DNA from: Syntrophobacteraceae bacterium
Lineage (GTDB): Bacteria; Desulfobacterota; Syntrophobacteria; Syntrophobacterales; Syntrophobacteraceae
NCBI GenBank assembly: GCA_049976905.1
Contig: JBMFHI010000001.1
Coordinates: 27,149-91,148 of the forward strand
DNA length: 64,000 nucleotides
Reading direction: 5' to 3'
In this document: positions 8,900 to 17,234 of the stretch, in pieces
How positions within the stretch are numbered: the first letter of the stretch is position 1
Layout: each line of letters begins with the position of its first letter
Translations under genes and position numbers: made by a program
Notes under the pieces: model-generated
Databases searched by the model: none
Told to the model about the DNA's origin: nothing
Seen by the model: the letters and a program-made list of their open reading frames with translations, nothing else

Positions 8900-10309
8900 C
8901 TACTCCATGGCGGCCATGAGCCTTTGCAGCAAAAGCGCGGCGGGTTCCTCGTTTATGATGTCCGAAGGGGCGCTAAAGGATACCATACCGATTTCAATTC
9001 CAACCCCTTCGGGTTGCTGCGAGTTTTTGGCAATATCCCTGAGCCTTTGGACCAAGACCTCGCAGCCGGCAGTATCGGTTTTGGGCAGCAGCAACCACAG
9101 CACCCACTGGCTTGTCCGTGTGGTTAAATCGGTTGTGCGGATGGCTTCCCTAAGACGCAATGCGAATTCATCGAGCAGTTCGCCCATGCGGTGTCGTCCG
9201 ATGCGCTCAATTAGCTCTAAGATATTGACCACCCGGATACCTATCAGGCTGAAGCGTTCCTCCGCGTGGCGGCGGCAAAGGGCGAGCATCCAGTCCAAAA
9301 TGGTATGGAAAAAGGGCGGTGCAACGTAGTTGAGGTTATCGAAAAGGGCGAAGAGGTCCTCCATATTGCCCGTCTGTGCGGCCATGCGCCCCCGTTCGGT
9401 AAGGCGAAGTGAATAGATTTGTCTGGGGATGAGCGATTCCGTCGAATTTTGGCTTCCGCAGCTAAGACACCGGGAAACAATCAAAGGTTCGATGAAGCTG
9501 TGGCCACAGTCGTTACAAACATAGTTTTCAAGCGGGCGGTCATAATCGGAACCAATATGGCGAAGACGAGTCATACAGTTTGGACACACCAGGGCTCCGC
9601 TGCTAAGGAAGGTTTCCTCGGGGGCTACATGGCCGCAGGTAAAACAGTGCAGGAAAGGCTTTTGCACGATGTCGATGCTGCGGTTCTGGGGACAGACGTC
9701 GACAAAATTATGATGACACCCTCCGCATTTAGGACAAAGCCGAATTCTATCTAGAAGTTCGACTCGCTCGAGATAGCGGCGCTCGACCAGATTATTTAGC
9801 CACGTTTGAATATCGGTGGTGGAGTCGGCCAGAAGCTCGGCAACGGGGAAGGAGTAAACCTTTTGATGGCTCCAATGTGCAACGGCGCTCAAAACAGCGG
9901 CCTGACGGCAGTAGAGGTAGGCAAGCAGGCGGAGGTCCTGGCCCTGCGTCAGAATTTCGTCGGGTAGATCTTTTAGCCGACGTGTAAGGGTTATCGTCTG
10001 ATTAACGATGGTATTAAGGTCGGTTGTCTGAGCATCGGCCATCATCGCCGGAGTCGGCCCCAAGTCTGTAAGAAGGAACACGGGTATGCAGCAAAAGGCC
10101 GGAATCGACCTCAGTTGCCGGATCACCCGTTCGGCGGATTCGGCCTCGTGGCTGCCGATAATGATTGCGTCAGGCTGGATTTGTGAGCGCAAAAATCCAT
10201 CCATATCCTGGAACTGCGTTATGGATTGCCGTGAAAACCCGTCCCAGCCGAGGAAATCCTCGTCTAAGAGAATCTGGACCAGTTGTATAGTCTTTACTAC
10301 TTCGCTCAC
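8900..10309 (-). CDS. regulatory protein: receiver-like N-domain, multi-zinc-ribbon middle, degenerate GGDEF-like C-domain retaining an RxxD I-site
   Basis: Residues 8-85 are receiver-like, but the expected phospho-Asp position reads AIIIGSH. Residues 192-285 hold six CxxC-type pairs (CPKCGGC, CFTCGH, CPNC, CNDCGH, CLSCGS). Residues 350-450 align by eye to GGDEF domains, with RTTDLTTRTSQWVL where PleD has RAIDLPCRYGGEEF. Confidence 0.6.
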   Translation of the reverse strand: MSEVVKTIQLVQILLDEDFLGWDGFSRQSITQFQDMDGFLRSQIQPDAIIIGSHEAESAERVIRQLRSIPAFCCIPVFLLTDLGPTPAMMADAQTTDLNTIVNQTITLTRRLKDLPDEILTQGQDLRLLAYLYCRQAAVLSAVAHWSHQKVYSFPVAELLADSTTDIQTWLNNLVERRYLERVELLDRIRLCPKCGGCHHNFVDVCPQNRSIDIVQKPFLHCFTCGHVAPEETFLSSGALVCPNCMTRLRHIGSDYDRPLENYVCNDCGHSFIEPLIVSRCLSCGSQNSTESLIPRQIYSLRLTERGRMAAQTGNMEDLFALFDNLNYVAPPFFHTILDWMLALCRRHAEERFSLIGIRVVNILELIERIGRHRMGELLDEFALRLREAIRTTDLTTRTSQWVLWLLLPKTDTAGCEVLVQRLRDIAKNSQQPEGVGIEIGMVSFSAPSDIINEEPAALLLQRLMAAME

Positions 10310-10411
10310 GGGTTCTTTCTATGCCGCAGGTGAAATTTTTAAGTCCCTTGCACCGGGGAAAGGACGCCACAGCCTTCCATACACTCCCAAAAGACAGCAT
10401 AGGAAAAGATT

Positions 10412-10427
10412 AGCAACAAGCTTGCCA
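10412..10427 (-). promoter_or_regulatory. sigma54 (-24/-12) promoter candidate for the regulator-GT2-OMP-MFP operon
   Basis: The minus strand reads TGGCAAGCTTGTTGCT, that is, TGGCA-N6-TTGCT with correct GG-N10-GC spacing. It lies ~105 nt upstream of the ATG at 10309. Confidence 0.55.
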
Positions 10428-10682
10428 CCTGGACTTTTCTGGAACTACAGGATCACCAAACTCCTAGGGGAAACGGATTTGAAGATAAATCCGGCTGCCG
10501 GGCGCCTCCCTTAGATCCTTTGGTCGTTTAGCCCTCGCGGGATTCTGTCAGAAAAATGACGAAGAGGGTAGAGGCTGGGGAAAACCGCAGTATCACTCAA
10601 AAGAGAAGGAAGCTCTCAGGTATTCGTCTTCAAGAGGAGGACATACCCTGAGCCTTGGTAACCGGGCTACAGGCCAAAGCGC

Positions 10683-11600
10683 TCAGGCTTTTTTGGCGCC
10701 AAAGACGCCGCTGCGGCTTCCAGCTATAGCCATTCGGGAGAGTATGCTGATGGCAAGAACAAATAAGATCACGAACAGGGCAGCGGCGTAGGCCAGCGCG
10801 TGGGCGCTCGAAAACGGCTCTGTGATAAAGGCCCAGATAGCGTAGGTGAGATATCCTATCGGCTCCCGGATCAGGCGGCCGTTCCACATGTAATTTGACC
10901 ACCCGGCAGTATAGAGAAGGGGTGCGGTCTCGCCTACCGCGATTGCCAATGCAAGCAGAACACCTGTCACAATGGATGGAAGCGCCATGCGCACGCAGAT
11001 GCTGAAGGCCACCCGGCCGTCGCCGGCTCCCAGTGCATAGGCGGACTCGCGCACTCCGCGCGATACCTGGTTGATCGCCATCTCGCTCGTTCGGCAAATA
11101 TAGGGCATGCAGATAATGGCAAGCGCAATGCTTCCCGCTGCCGTCGAAAACTGCCACCCAAGGGTGACAACCATCGTAATATAGCCAAAATAGCCGATCA
11201 CAATCGAAGGGACTCCGACAAGCACATCGCTTAAAAACCGGATTGTCGGGGCAAGAGGGCCGGTATCGAACATCGCTAGATAGATGCCCGCCGCAAGACC
11301 AGGGGGAACAGCGAGAAGGACCCCCCCCATGGCGAGCACCAGCGTGCCTTCGATAGCGTTTAGAAGACCTCCGCTCGTTCCTGAGGTTACGTGTGTAATC
11401 ACATGAAGGCTAAGAGCGCCGATGCCTCTCAGGAAAACGGTAAGAAGGATCGACAACATCGCGCTTCCAAGCAGAAGAAAGGCAAGCGTGCAAAGGCCCC
11501 ACCCTAAAACGTCTAATGTGCGACGGCGCAGGAGTCGAGAGTCCATATCATGACGCGAGCCTCCGGGCTTGACTGTAGTGTTGGTCAAAGTTGCGCTCAT
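10683..11600 (-). CDS. pstA: phosphate ABC transporter permease PstA (copy 1)
   Basis: Multi-TM permease with the EAA-like loop (YALGAGDGRVAFSI...). The preferred start, MSATLTNTT at 11600, overlaps the pstC stop (ATGA). The ORF track extends it to 11678. Confidence 0.85.
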   Translation of the reverse strand: MSATLTNTTVKPGGSRHDMDSRLLRRRTLDVLGWGLCTLAFLLLGSAMLSILLTVFLRGIGALSLHVITHVTSGTSGGLLNAIEGTLVLAMGGVLLAVPPGLAAGIYLAMFDTGPLAPTIRFLSDVLVGVPSIVIGYFGYITMVVTLGWQFSTAAGSIALAIICMPYICRTSEMAINQVSRGVRESAYALGAGDGRVAFSICVRMALPSIVTGVLLALAIAVGETAPLLYTAGWSNYMWNGRLIREPIGYLTYAIWAFITEPFSSAHALAYAAALFVILFVLAISILSRMAIAGSRSGVFGAKKA

Positions 11601-12703
11601 TTTGCCCTCACGCTTAGCTTTCCATCGTAATAAAGAAGGACTAGGGCCAACCCGTTGACAATAAGTGAAATCACGCAAAGCACCAGGGCCACCTCGGCAA
11701 GGGAGCGGACGGCCATGCCGGTCGGGTCCTGGAGAGCGCTGTCGAGCTGCGAGACTATAAAGGAAGCCATGGTGGAAATCGGCGCGTAGATGTTGCCCGG
11801 CAAATAGTTAAGGGCGTTGCCGCTGACCATGAGAACCGCCATTGTCTCGCCCAGCGCCCGTCCTGTCGCCAGTATGCTCGAACCTGCCAAAACCCGCCGC
11901 ACACCCGGCAGCAGGACCATGCGCACGGTCTCGAATCTGCTTGCTCCAAGCGCCATGGCGCTCTCGCGCAGTTTGGCAGGCTGGCTAACGAGCGCATCGC
12001 GCAGGGTGGCCGTTATCAGTGGCACTATCATCAGGGTGAGCACCAGGCCGGCGGTAAGCAACCCATAGCCGCTGCCCGAAGCACCGCCGAAAAACGGCAG
12101 GAAGCCCAACCTTTTCGCCAGGAAAGGGAAAAGATTATGCCCCAAAAAGGGGATCACGACCACGTAGCCCCAAAGCCCATAGACAACGCTTGGAATTGCG
12201 GCAAGCAGTTCGACAAAAAAAGAAAGCCAGGGCCGTAGAAAGGGGGGAGCGCCCTCGGCCAGAAACACAGCAGCCCCAACTCCTACCGGTACGGCGATGG
12301 AGATCGCAATGAGAGTGCTTAGCAAAGTTCCGACGATGAGGAACAATATCCCGTATTGGGCGCCGGGCAGGATCTGTTGGCCGTCTACGCTCACGGGATT
12401 GCCGTAGAGGCTTCCAAGGTTCCAGCTATTGTGAACCAGAAAACCTAAACCGTTTAGTCGCAAGGCCGGCCAGGCATAGACGGTGAGAAAGATAACGATT
12501 GCTACAAGGCTTGCCGCAACTATGCTGCCTAGCATGGCGGTAATGCGGCGAAAATTAAACGCGCCCCCGCCAAAGCGGGCAAGCGCTCGCAGCATCGACC
12601 AGGCGCCTTTGCTCCAAGCCTTGCCCGGAGTGGAAAAAGGCCGCTTGCCGGCGCTCAGGCTGCCGGCAAGCGCTTCACAAGTGTCTGGACGAGTCTCGTC
12701 CAT
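11597..12703 (-). CDS. pstC: phosphate ABC transporter permease PstC (copy 1)
   Basis: Multi-TM permease lying between pstS and pstA, containing ESAMALGASRFETVRMVLLP and GRALGETMAVLMVSGN. Confidence 0.85.
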   Translation of the reverse strand: MDETRPDTCEALAGSLSAGKRPFSTPGKAWSKGAWSMLRALARFGGGAFNFRRITAMLGSIVAASLVAIVIFLTVYAWPALRLNGLGFLVHNSWNLGSLYGNPVSVDGQQILPGAQYGILFLIVGTLLSTLIAISIAVPVGVGAAVFLAEGAPPFLRPWLSFFVELLAAIPSVVYGLWGYVVVIPFLGHNLFPFLAKRLGFLPFFGGASGSGYGLLTAGLVLTLMIVPLITATLRDALVSQPAKLRESAMALGASRFETVRMVLLPGVRRVLAGSSILATGRALGETMAVLMVSGNALNYLPGNIYAPISTMASFIVSQLDSALQDPTGMAVRSLAEVALVLCVISLIVNGLALVLLYYDGKLSVRAK

Positions 12704-12704
12704 G

Positions 12705-13823
12705 TTACTTTATCTTCGCAATCTGTTTTGAACTAAGCTCTACAATCGGCGCGGGAAGCGCAATGAAATGTACTTGCTGCATGAATTTTGGAGCATTGCC
12801 CCCCGTTGGACTGATCGCCCAGGTCAAAAACTTGCGTAAGGCCGCGGCGGTTTGCGGGGAGTCCTGTCTCGCCTTTATCATCACATACTCGTAATTGATA
12901 ATGGGGTAGGAGTCGGGACCGGGCGCGAAGATAAGGCTGATGCACTCGTTTGCCGGTGTCTTTGAAACCAGTGCCGCAGCGGCGGCCTTGGCGGTTTTTT
13001 CCGTGGGCAGTAAAAATTTCCCATCGTGGTTTTCGAGCATCGCTATGCCAAGCTTATCCTTTTTAATCGCATCCTGGTAGCTGGTGCCGATGTAGGAAAC
13101 CGTATAGGGGTTGTCTTTTGTCGCGGTTACCATGCCGGGATTTCCCTCGGCCCCAAGACCGCCGGGAACCGGAGGCCAGCTGACGGTCGTGCCGTATCCG
13201 GTGCCCTTGGACCACTCAGGCGTGCTAAATGTCAGGTACTGGGTGAAAATGAAGGTGTCGCCGCTTCCGTCCGTTCTGTGTACGGGGATTATCTCGTGAT
13301 GAGGCAGATCCACGCCGGGGTTTAGCTTCTTTAGCGTCGGGTCGTCCCAGAAGCGAATCTTGCCGCTGTAAATGCCTGCCAGCACCGGGCCGCTTAGCTT
13401 GATGTTCTTATCGTTTAGGCCCGGTAAATTGTAGTTTGCCATTTGCATCGAAATGCAAAGCGGTATGTTTAGCATGGGGTGCTGTTTCATGAGCGCATTG
13501 CTCATATAAGCATCAGAGGCGCCGATCTGGGCCAGGCCGGCAACCGACTGTGAAATGCCGGTGCCGCTTCCCGTCGATTGGGTGGTGATCTTAACGTTGG
13601 GATCGATTTGTGCGTATTGGGGAATCCAGATGTTAAAGAGCGGGTAAACCAGGCTCGAGCCGGTTTCCAGAAGACTTACCGTCTTTTCTGCCGCCCCTGC
13701 CTGGGGCGCGCCCATAAAAGAGCCCGCCGCGAGGCCAAGAGCCAGCACTCCGGCTGTCAAGATCGCCTTGTGCTTGCGGATAGAAATTGCTTTTTTGAAA
13801 AATGACACGTTTAGCTCCTCCAT
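12705..13823 (-). CDS. pstS: phosphate-binding protein PstS (copy 1, divergent type)
   Basis: Signal peptide, then LLETGSSLVYPLFNIW...STGSGTGISQ...GASDAYM...HRTDGSGDTFIFTQYL (PBP-type phosphate-binding motifs). Confidence 0.85.
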   Translation of the reverse strand: MEELNVSFFKKAISIRKHKAILTAGVLALGLAAGSFMGAPQAGAAEKTVSLLETGSSLVYPLFNIWIPQYAQIDPNVKITTQSTGSGTGISQSVAGLAQIGASDAYMSNALMKQHPMLNIPLCISMQMANYNLPGLNDKNIKLSGPVLAGIYSGKIRFWDDPTLKKLNPGVDLPHHEIIPVHRTDGSGDTFIFTQYLTFSTPEWSKGTGYGTTVSWPPVPGGLGAEGNPGMVTATKDNPYTVSYIGTSYQDAIKKDKLGIAMLENHDGKFLLPTEKTAKAAAAALVSKTPANECISLIFAPGPDSYPIINYEYVMIKARQDSPQTAAALRKFLTWAISPTGGNAPKFMQQVHFIALPAPIVELSSKQIAKIK

Positions 13824-13896
13824 TTTGATGTGATTTGGACTTTTTGGAAATAGTAATTAGCCGCTCAAGAGTTGATCCGGTTTCTAGCACCTGAGA

Positions 13897-13934
13897 GTTA
13901 CTCTGCTGTTACGACCTTGTTACGCTTGGGTTAA
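13897..13934 (-). promoter_or_regulatory. Pho box array for pstS copy 1 (four 11-bp-phased repeats)
   Basis: On the plus strand GTTAC occurs at 13897, 13908 and 13919 and GTTAA at 13930, exactly 11 bp apart. On the minus strand these read TTAAC/GTAAC/GTAAC/GTAAC, resembling PhoB half-sites (CTGTCAT). Confidence 0.6.
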
Positions 13935-14025
13935 GATCGAAGGCCACTATTTATCGGAGGGAGATATCCTGCGGCCTGAATGAGCTCTAAATTCGGGTTT
14001 TGATCGAAATGCTGCCCCCCGGATT

Positions 14026-14079
14026 TCCACGCACCGGTCACCTCAATGTCACAAACCTGTAACATTCTTTCTCTATCAT
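14026..14079 (+). promoter_or_regulatory. Pho box plus -10 element for pstS copy 2
   Basis: GTCAC at 14037, GTCAC at 14048 and GTAAC at 14059 are exactly 11 bp apart, and a degenerate TCCAC sits at 14026. TATCAT (14074-14079) lies 10 nt after the last repeat. Confidence 0.6.
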
Positions 14080-14164
14080 TAGGTAACTGGATTGCTCGTT
14101 ACTGTGGATAGTTTCAATAAGAAGGATATTCTGAAATATCTACCTTAAAGGAGGACGGAAAACG

Positions 14165-15235
14165 ATGAAAAGAGTTGCTCTCGCGCGTACTCTGTGTATT
14201 TCCACTGCCATGCTGCTCTGTGTCTTTACCGCAATGCCGGCTTTTGCCATGGACATTACCGGGGCAGGGGCGACTTTCCCTTATCCGATTTATTCCAAAT
14301 GGGCCCAGGCCTACCGGGATAAAACCGGCATCGGTCTAAATTACCAGTCGATCGGCTCCGGTGCTGGCATTAAGCAGATAGAAGCCAAAACCATCGATTT
14401 CGGTGCCTCCGACATGCCTCTTACAAAGGATGTGCTTGAAAAAAACGGTCTTCAGCAGTTCCCAACCGTTATGGGAGGAGAAGTCCTGGCGATAAACGTC
14501 GATGGGATCAAAAAAGGGCAGTTGAAACTAAACGGCCCGCTCATTGCCGATATCTATCTTGGCAAGATCAAAAAGTGGAGCGATCCGGCCATCGCTAAAC
14601 TCAACCCCGGCTTAAAGCTGCCCGATGAGCGCATTACCGTCATCCACCGTTCCGATGGCTCCGGCACAACCTTTATATTTACCAACTATCTTTGCAAAGT
14701 GAGCCCCCAATGGAAAAGTAAGGTCGGAAACTCCGTATCGGTTCAATGGCCTGCGGGTATGGGTGGCAAAGGAAATGCCGGCGTAGCAAGCTATGTTCAG
14801 CAGGTGCCGGGCTCCATCGGCTATGTCGAGTATGCCTACGCCCTTAACAATAATATAGCCTACGCCTTGCTCTATAACCACGACGGAAAAGTCGTCGAAC
14901 CTTCCAGCAAGAACTTTCAGGCCGCGGCCGCGGGAGCTGACTGGAAAAGCGCCCCGGGATTTCGCGTGATTCTCACCGATGAACCGGGCGCCGATAGCTG
15001 GCCCATTACCGGGGCCACTTTCATCTTGATGCATAAAGTCCAGGATAATCCTGCCCGCGCCCTGGAAGTGCTTAAATTCTTTGCCTGGGATTACGCCCAT
15101 GGTGGCCAAATGGCTGAACAACTCGCATATGTACCTTTCCCCCCTGGCGTGGTAAAAATCATCGAGGACTCATGGGCAACGATTAAGTCCAAAGAGGGAA
15201 CCCCAGTGTGGAAAGCTAACGCTGCGGGCAAATAA
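14165..15235 (+). CDS. pstS: phosphate-binding protein PstS (copy 2, enterobacterial type)
   Basis: Signal peptide, then ITGAGATFPYPIYSKWA...YQSIGSGAGIKQ...DFGASDMPL...HRSDGSGTTFIFTNYL. Confidence 0.9.
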   Translation: MKRVALARTLCISTAMLLCVFTAMPAFAMDITGAGATFPYPIYSKWAQAYRDKTGIGLNYQSIGSGAGIKQIEAKTIDFGASDMPLTKDVLEKNGLQQFPTVMGGEVLAINVDGIKKGQLKLNGPLIADIYLGKIKKWSDPAIAKLNPGLKLPDERITVIHRSDGSGTTFIFTNYLCKVSPQWKSKVGNSVSVQWPAGMGGKGNAGVASYVQQVPGSIGYVEYAYALNNNIAYALLYNHDGKVVEPSSKNFQAAAAGADWKSAPGFRVILTDEPGADSWPITGATFILMHKVQDNPARALEVLKFFAWDYAHGGQMAEQLAYVPFPPGVVKIIEDSWATIKSKEGTPVWKANAAGK

Positions 15236-15292
15236 GAAGCTTGATTACACTTTTGCCTGCTCTTGGCAGGGACGCGGATATAATTGCTTTTG

Positions 15293-15324
15293 GGCAAGGG
15301 GGGATCATTGTGCCCCCCGTTGCC
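15293..15324 (+). other. intercistronic stem-loop between pstS and pstC (copy 2)
   Basis: GGCAAGGGGGG (15293-15303) pairs with CCCCCCGTTGCC (15313-15324) with one bulged base and a 9-nt loop. There is no immediately adjacent T-run. Confidence 0.4.
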
Positions 15325-15347
15325 GCTTAAAGAGGTTTTTTCGACTT

Positions 15348-16349
15348 ATGGCCAACGGGGGAAAGGTCCTAACCGAGGAAATAACGGTGGCGCCACGCCG
15401 TATTTCCAGATCTAAGCGCTCATACTCCATGGCGGATCAAATTTTTAAAAGCATCACCAGGTTCTTCGCCTTTTTGGTGCTTCTTCTTATGGCCGCGATA
15501 ATCGTCTCGCTATTTATCGGAGCCCTGCCCGCGCTAAAGAAATTCGGCCTCGGCTTTATCGGTTCCACGGCCTGGAATCCGGTTACCAACGTCTTTGGCG
15601 GACTCGTACCGATCGTTGGAACGCTCGCAACCTCGGCCATCGCCCTTCTTATCGCCGTGCCCGTAAGCTTTGGTATTGCCATGTTTCTTACGGAAATGTG
15701 TCCCGCACGGCTTAGAAGGCCCCTGGGCACCACCATTGAACTGCTCGCCGGCATTCCGAGCATTATTTACGGCATGTGGGGCCTGTTCGTATTCGCGCCT
15801 GTTTTCAGCCGCCACGCAGAACCCTGGATTGATTCCCATCTTGGCCGCCTGCCTCTTATCGGCCCCTTTTTTTCCGGCCCTCCCATCGGCATAGGAGTCT
15901 TGACCGCGGGGCTGATCCTTTCGATAATGGTAATTCCCTTTATCGCGGCCGTAATGAGGGATGTCTTCGAGGTTGTCCCCCACATGCTCAAGGAATCGGC
16001 CTACGGGCTTGGAGCCACTACGTGGGAGGTGGTAAGAAACATCACTTTGCCTTACGCCAGGGTCGGTGTGGTGGGCGGCATAATGCTGGGGCTTGGACGC
16101 GCAATAGGGGAAACCATGGCCGTAACCTTCGTGATAGGCAACTCTCACAGTCTGCATGTCTCCCTTCTCATGCCGGGCAACTCCATTGCCTCAACTCTTG
16201 CCAACGAATTCACCGAAGCGGTAGGAAAAATCTATATCTCATCGCTTATAGAGTTAGGCTTGTTTCTCTTTATCATTACCTTCATCGTGCTGGCTCTGGC
16301 AAAGCTGCTGCTGATAAGGCTTTCTAGAATGGAGGGTAAGAGAGCTTGA
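15348..16349 (+). CDS. pstC: phosphate ABC transporter permease PstC (copy 2)
   Basis: Multi-TM permease with [20 protein letters not shown] and [16 protein letters not shown]. It sits between pstS and pstA. Confidence 0.9.
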   Translation: MANGGKVLTEEITVAPRRISRSKRSYSMADQIFKSITRFFAFLVLLLMAAIIVSLFIGALPALKKFGLGFIGSTAWNPVTNVFGGLVPIVGTLATSAIALLIAVPVSFGIAMFLTEMCPARLRRPLGTTIELLAGIPSIIYGMWGLFVFAPVFSRHAEPWIDSHLGRLPLIGPFFSGPPIGIGVLTAGLILSIMVIPFIAAVMRDVFEVVPHMLKESAYGLGATTWEVVRNITLPYARVGVVGGIMLGLGRAIGETMAVTFVIGNSHSLHVSLLMPGNSIASTLANEFTEAVGKIYISSLIELGLFLFIITFIVLALAKLLLIRLSRMEGKRA

Positions 16350-17209
16350 AGGAGAACAAAGTGGTATTGATTTCCATCCAGAGCCGACGGCGCGCCGTAA
16401 ACTCTCTTGCTCAGATCGCAGCGCTGCTGACCGTTTTTTTTGGCCTCTTCTGGCTTGGCTGGATACTTATGACACTGTTGCAGCATGGTCTACCGGGAAT
16501 CAGCCTCAAACTGTTTACCGAGCTTACCCCGCCGCCGGGAAGTCCCGGGGGGATTATAAATGCGATCGTGGGGACCTTCTTGATCGTAATGCTTGCCACC
16601 CTTTTAGGCACTCCCGTAGGAATCCTCGCCGGCGTCTATATGGCCGAATACGGACAAACAGGCTGGCTTTCTCCCGTTACGGGCTTTGTTAACGACATCT
16701 TGCTAAGCGCTCCCTCCATTGTGCTGGGGCTGTTCGTTTATGAAACGTACGTTATCTGGGTCGGCCATTTTTCAGGCATTGCCGGTTCACTGGCCTTGGG
16801 TCTTCTGGTGATTCCCGTGGTCGTAAGGACTACGGAAAACATGCTCAAGATGGTGCCCAATCGTTTGCGCGAAGCCGCGGCTGCTCTGGGAACCCCGCAG
16901 TGGAAGATTGTAACGATGATTACGCTTAGAGCCTCGCGCGCGGGCATAATTACGGGCATTCTGCTCGCGGTCGCCAGAATTAGCGGAGAAACCGCGCCCT
17001 TGCTTTTTACCGCTTTAAACAACATGTTCTGGAGCAAACTTACCCAGCCTACCGCAAATCTTCCCGTGATGATCTTCGATTACGCGATGAGTCCTTACAA
17101 AGACTGGCATACTCTCGCATGGGCCGGAGCCCTGCTTATAACCATGGGCGTTCTGGGGTTGAATATCCTGGCCAGATCCTTTTTTAAACAAAAGCCTTTG
17201 GGCCGTTAA
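16346..17209 (+). CDS. pstA: phosphate ABC transporter permease PstA (copy 2)
   Basis: Multi-TM permease with [19 protein letters not shown] and [14 protein letters not shown]. It overlaps the pstC stop by 4 nt. Confidence 0.9.
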   Translation: MKENKVVLISIQSRRRAVNSLAQIAALLTVFFGLFWLGWILMTLLQHGLPGISLKLFTELTPPPGSPGGIINAIVGTFLIVMLATLLGTPVGILAGVYMAEYGQTGWLSPVTGFVNDILLSAPSIVLGLFVYETYVIWVGHFSGIAGSLALGLLVIPVVVRTTENMLKMVPNRLREAAAALGTPQWKIVTMITLRASRAGIITGILLAVARISGETAPLLFTALNNMFWSKLTQPTANLPVMIFDYAMSPYKDWHTLAWAGALLITMGVLGLNILARSFFKQKPLGR

Positions 17210-17234
17210 AACTTTTGCAAAGGTGTGTGAAGAT

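Noticed and set aside
10636-10692. Imperfect hairpin overlapping the stop codon of the minus-strand pstA gene, followed by a T-run on the plus strand
   Set aside because: The T-run is oriented for the plus strand, where no upstream gene exists, and the stem is interrupted. It could be a weak bidirectional terminator, but the evidence is insufficient.
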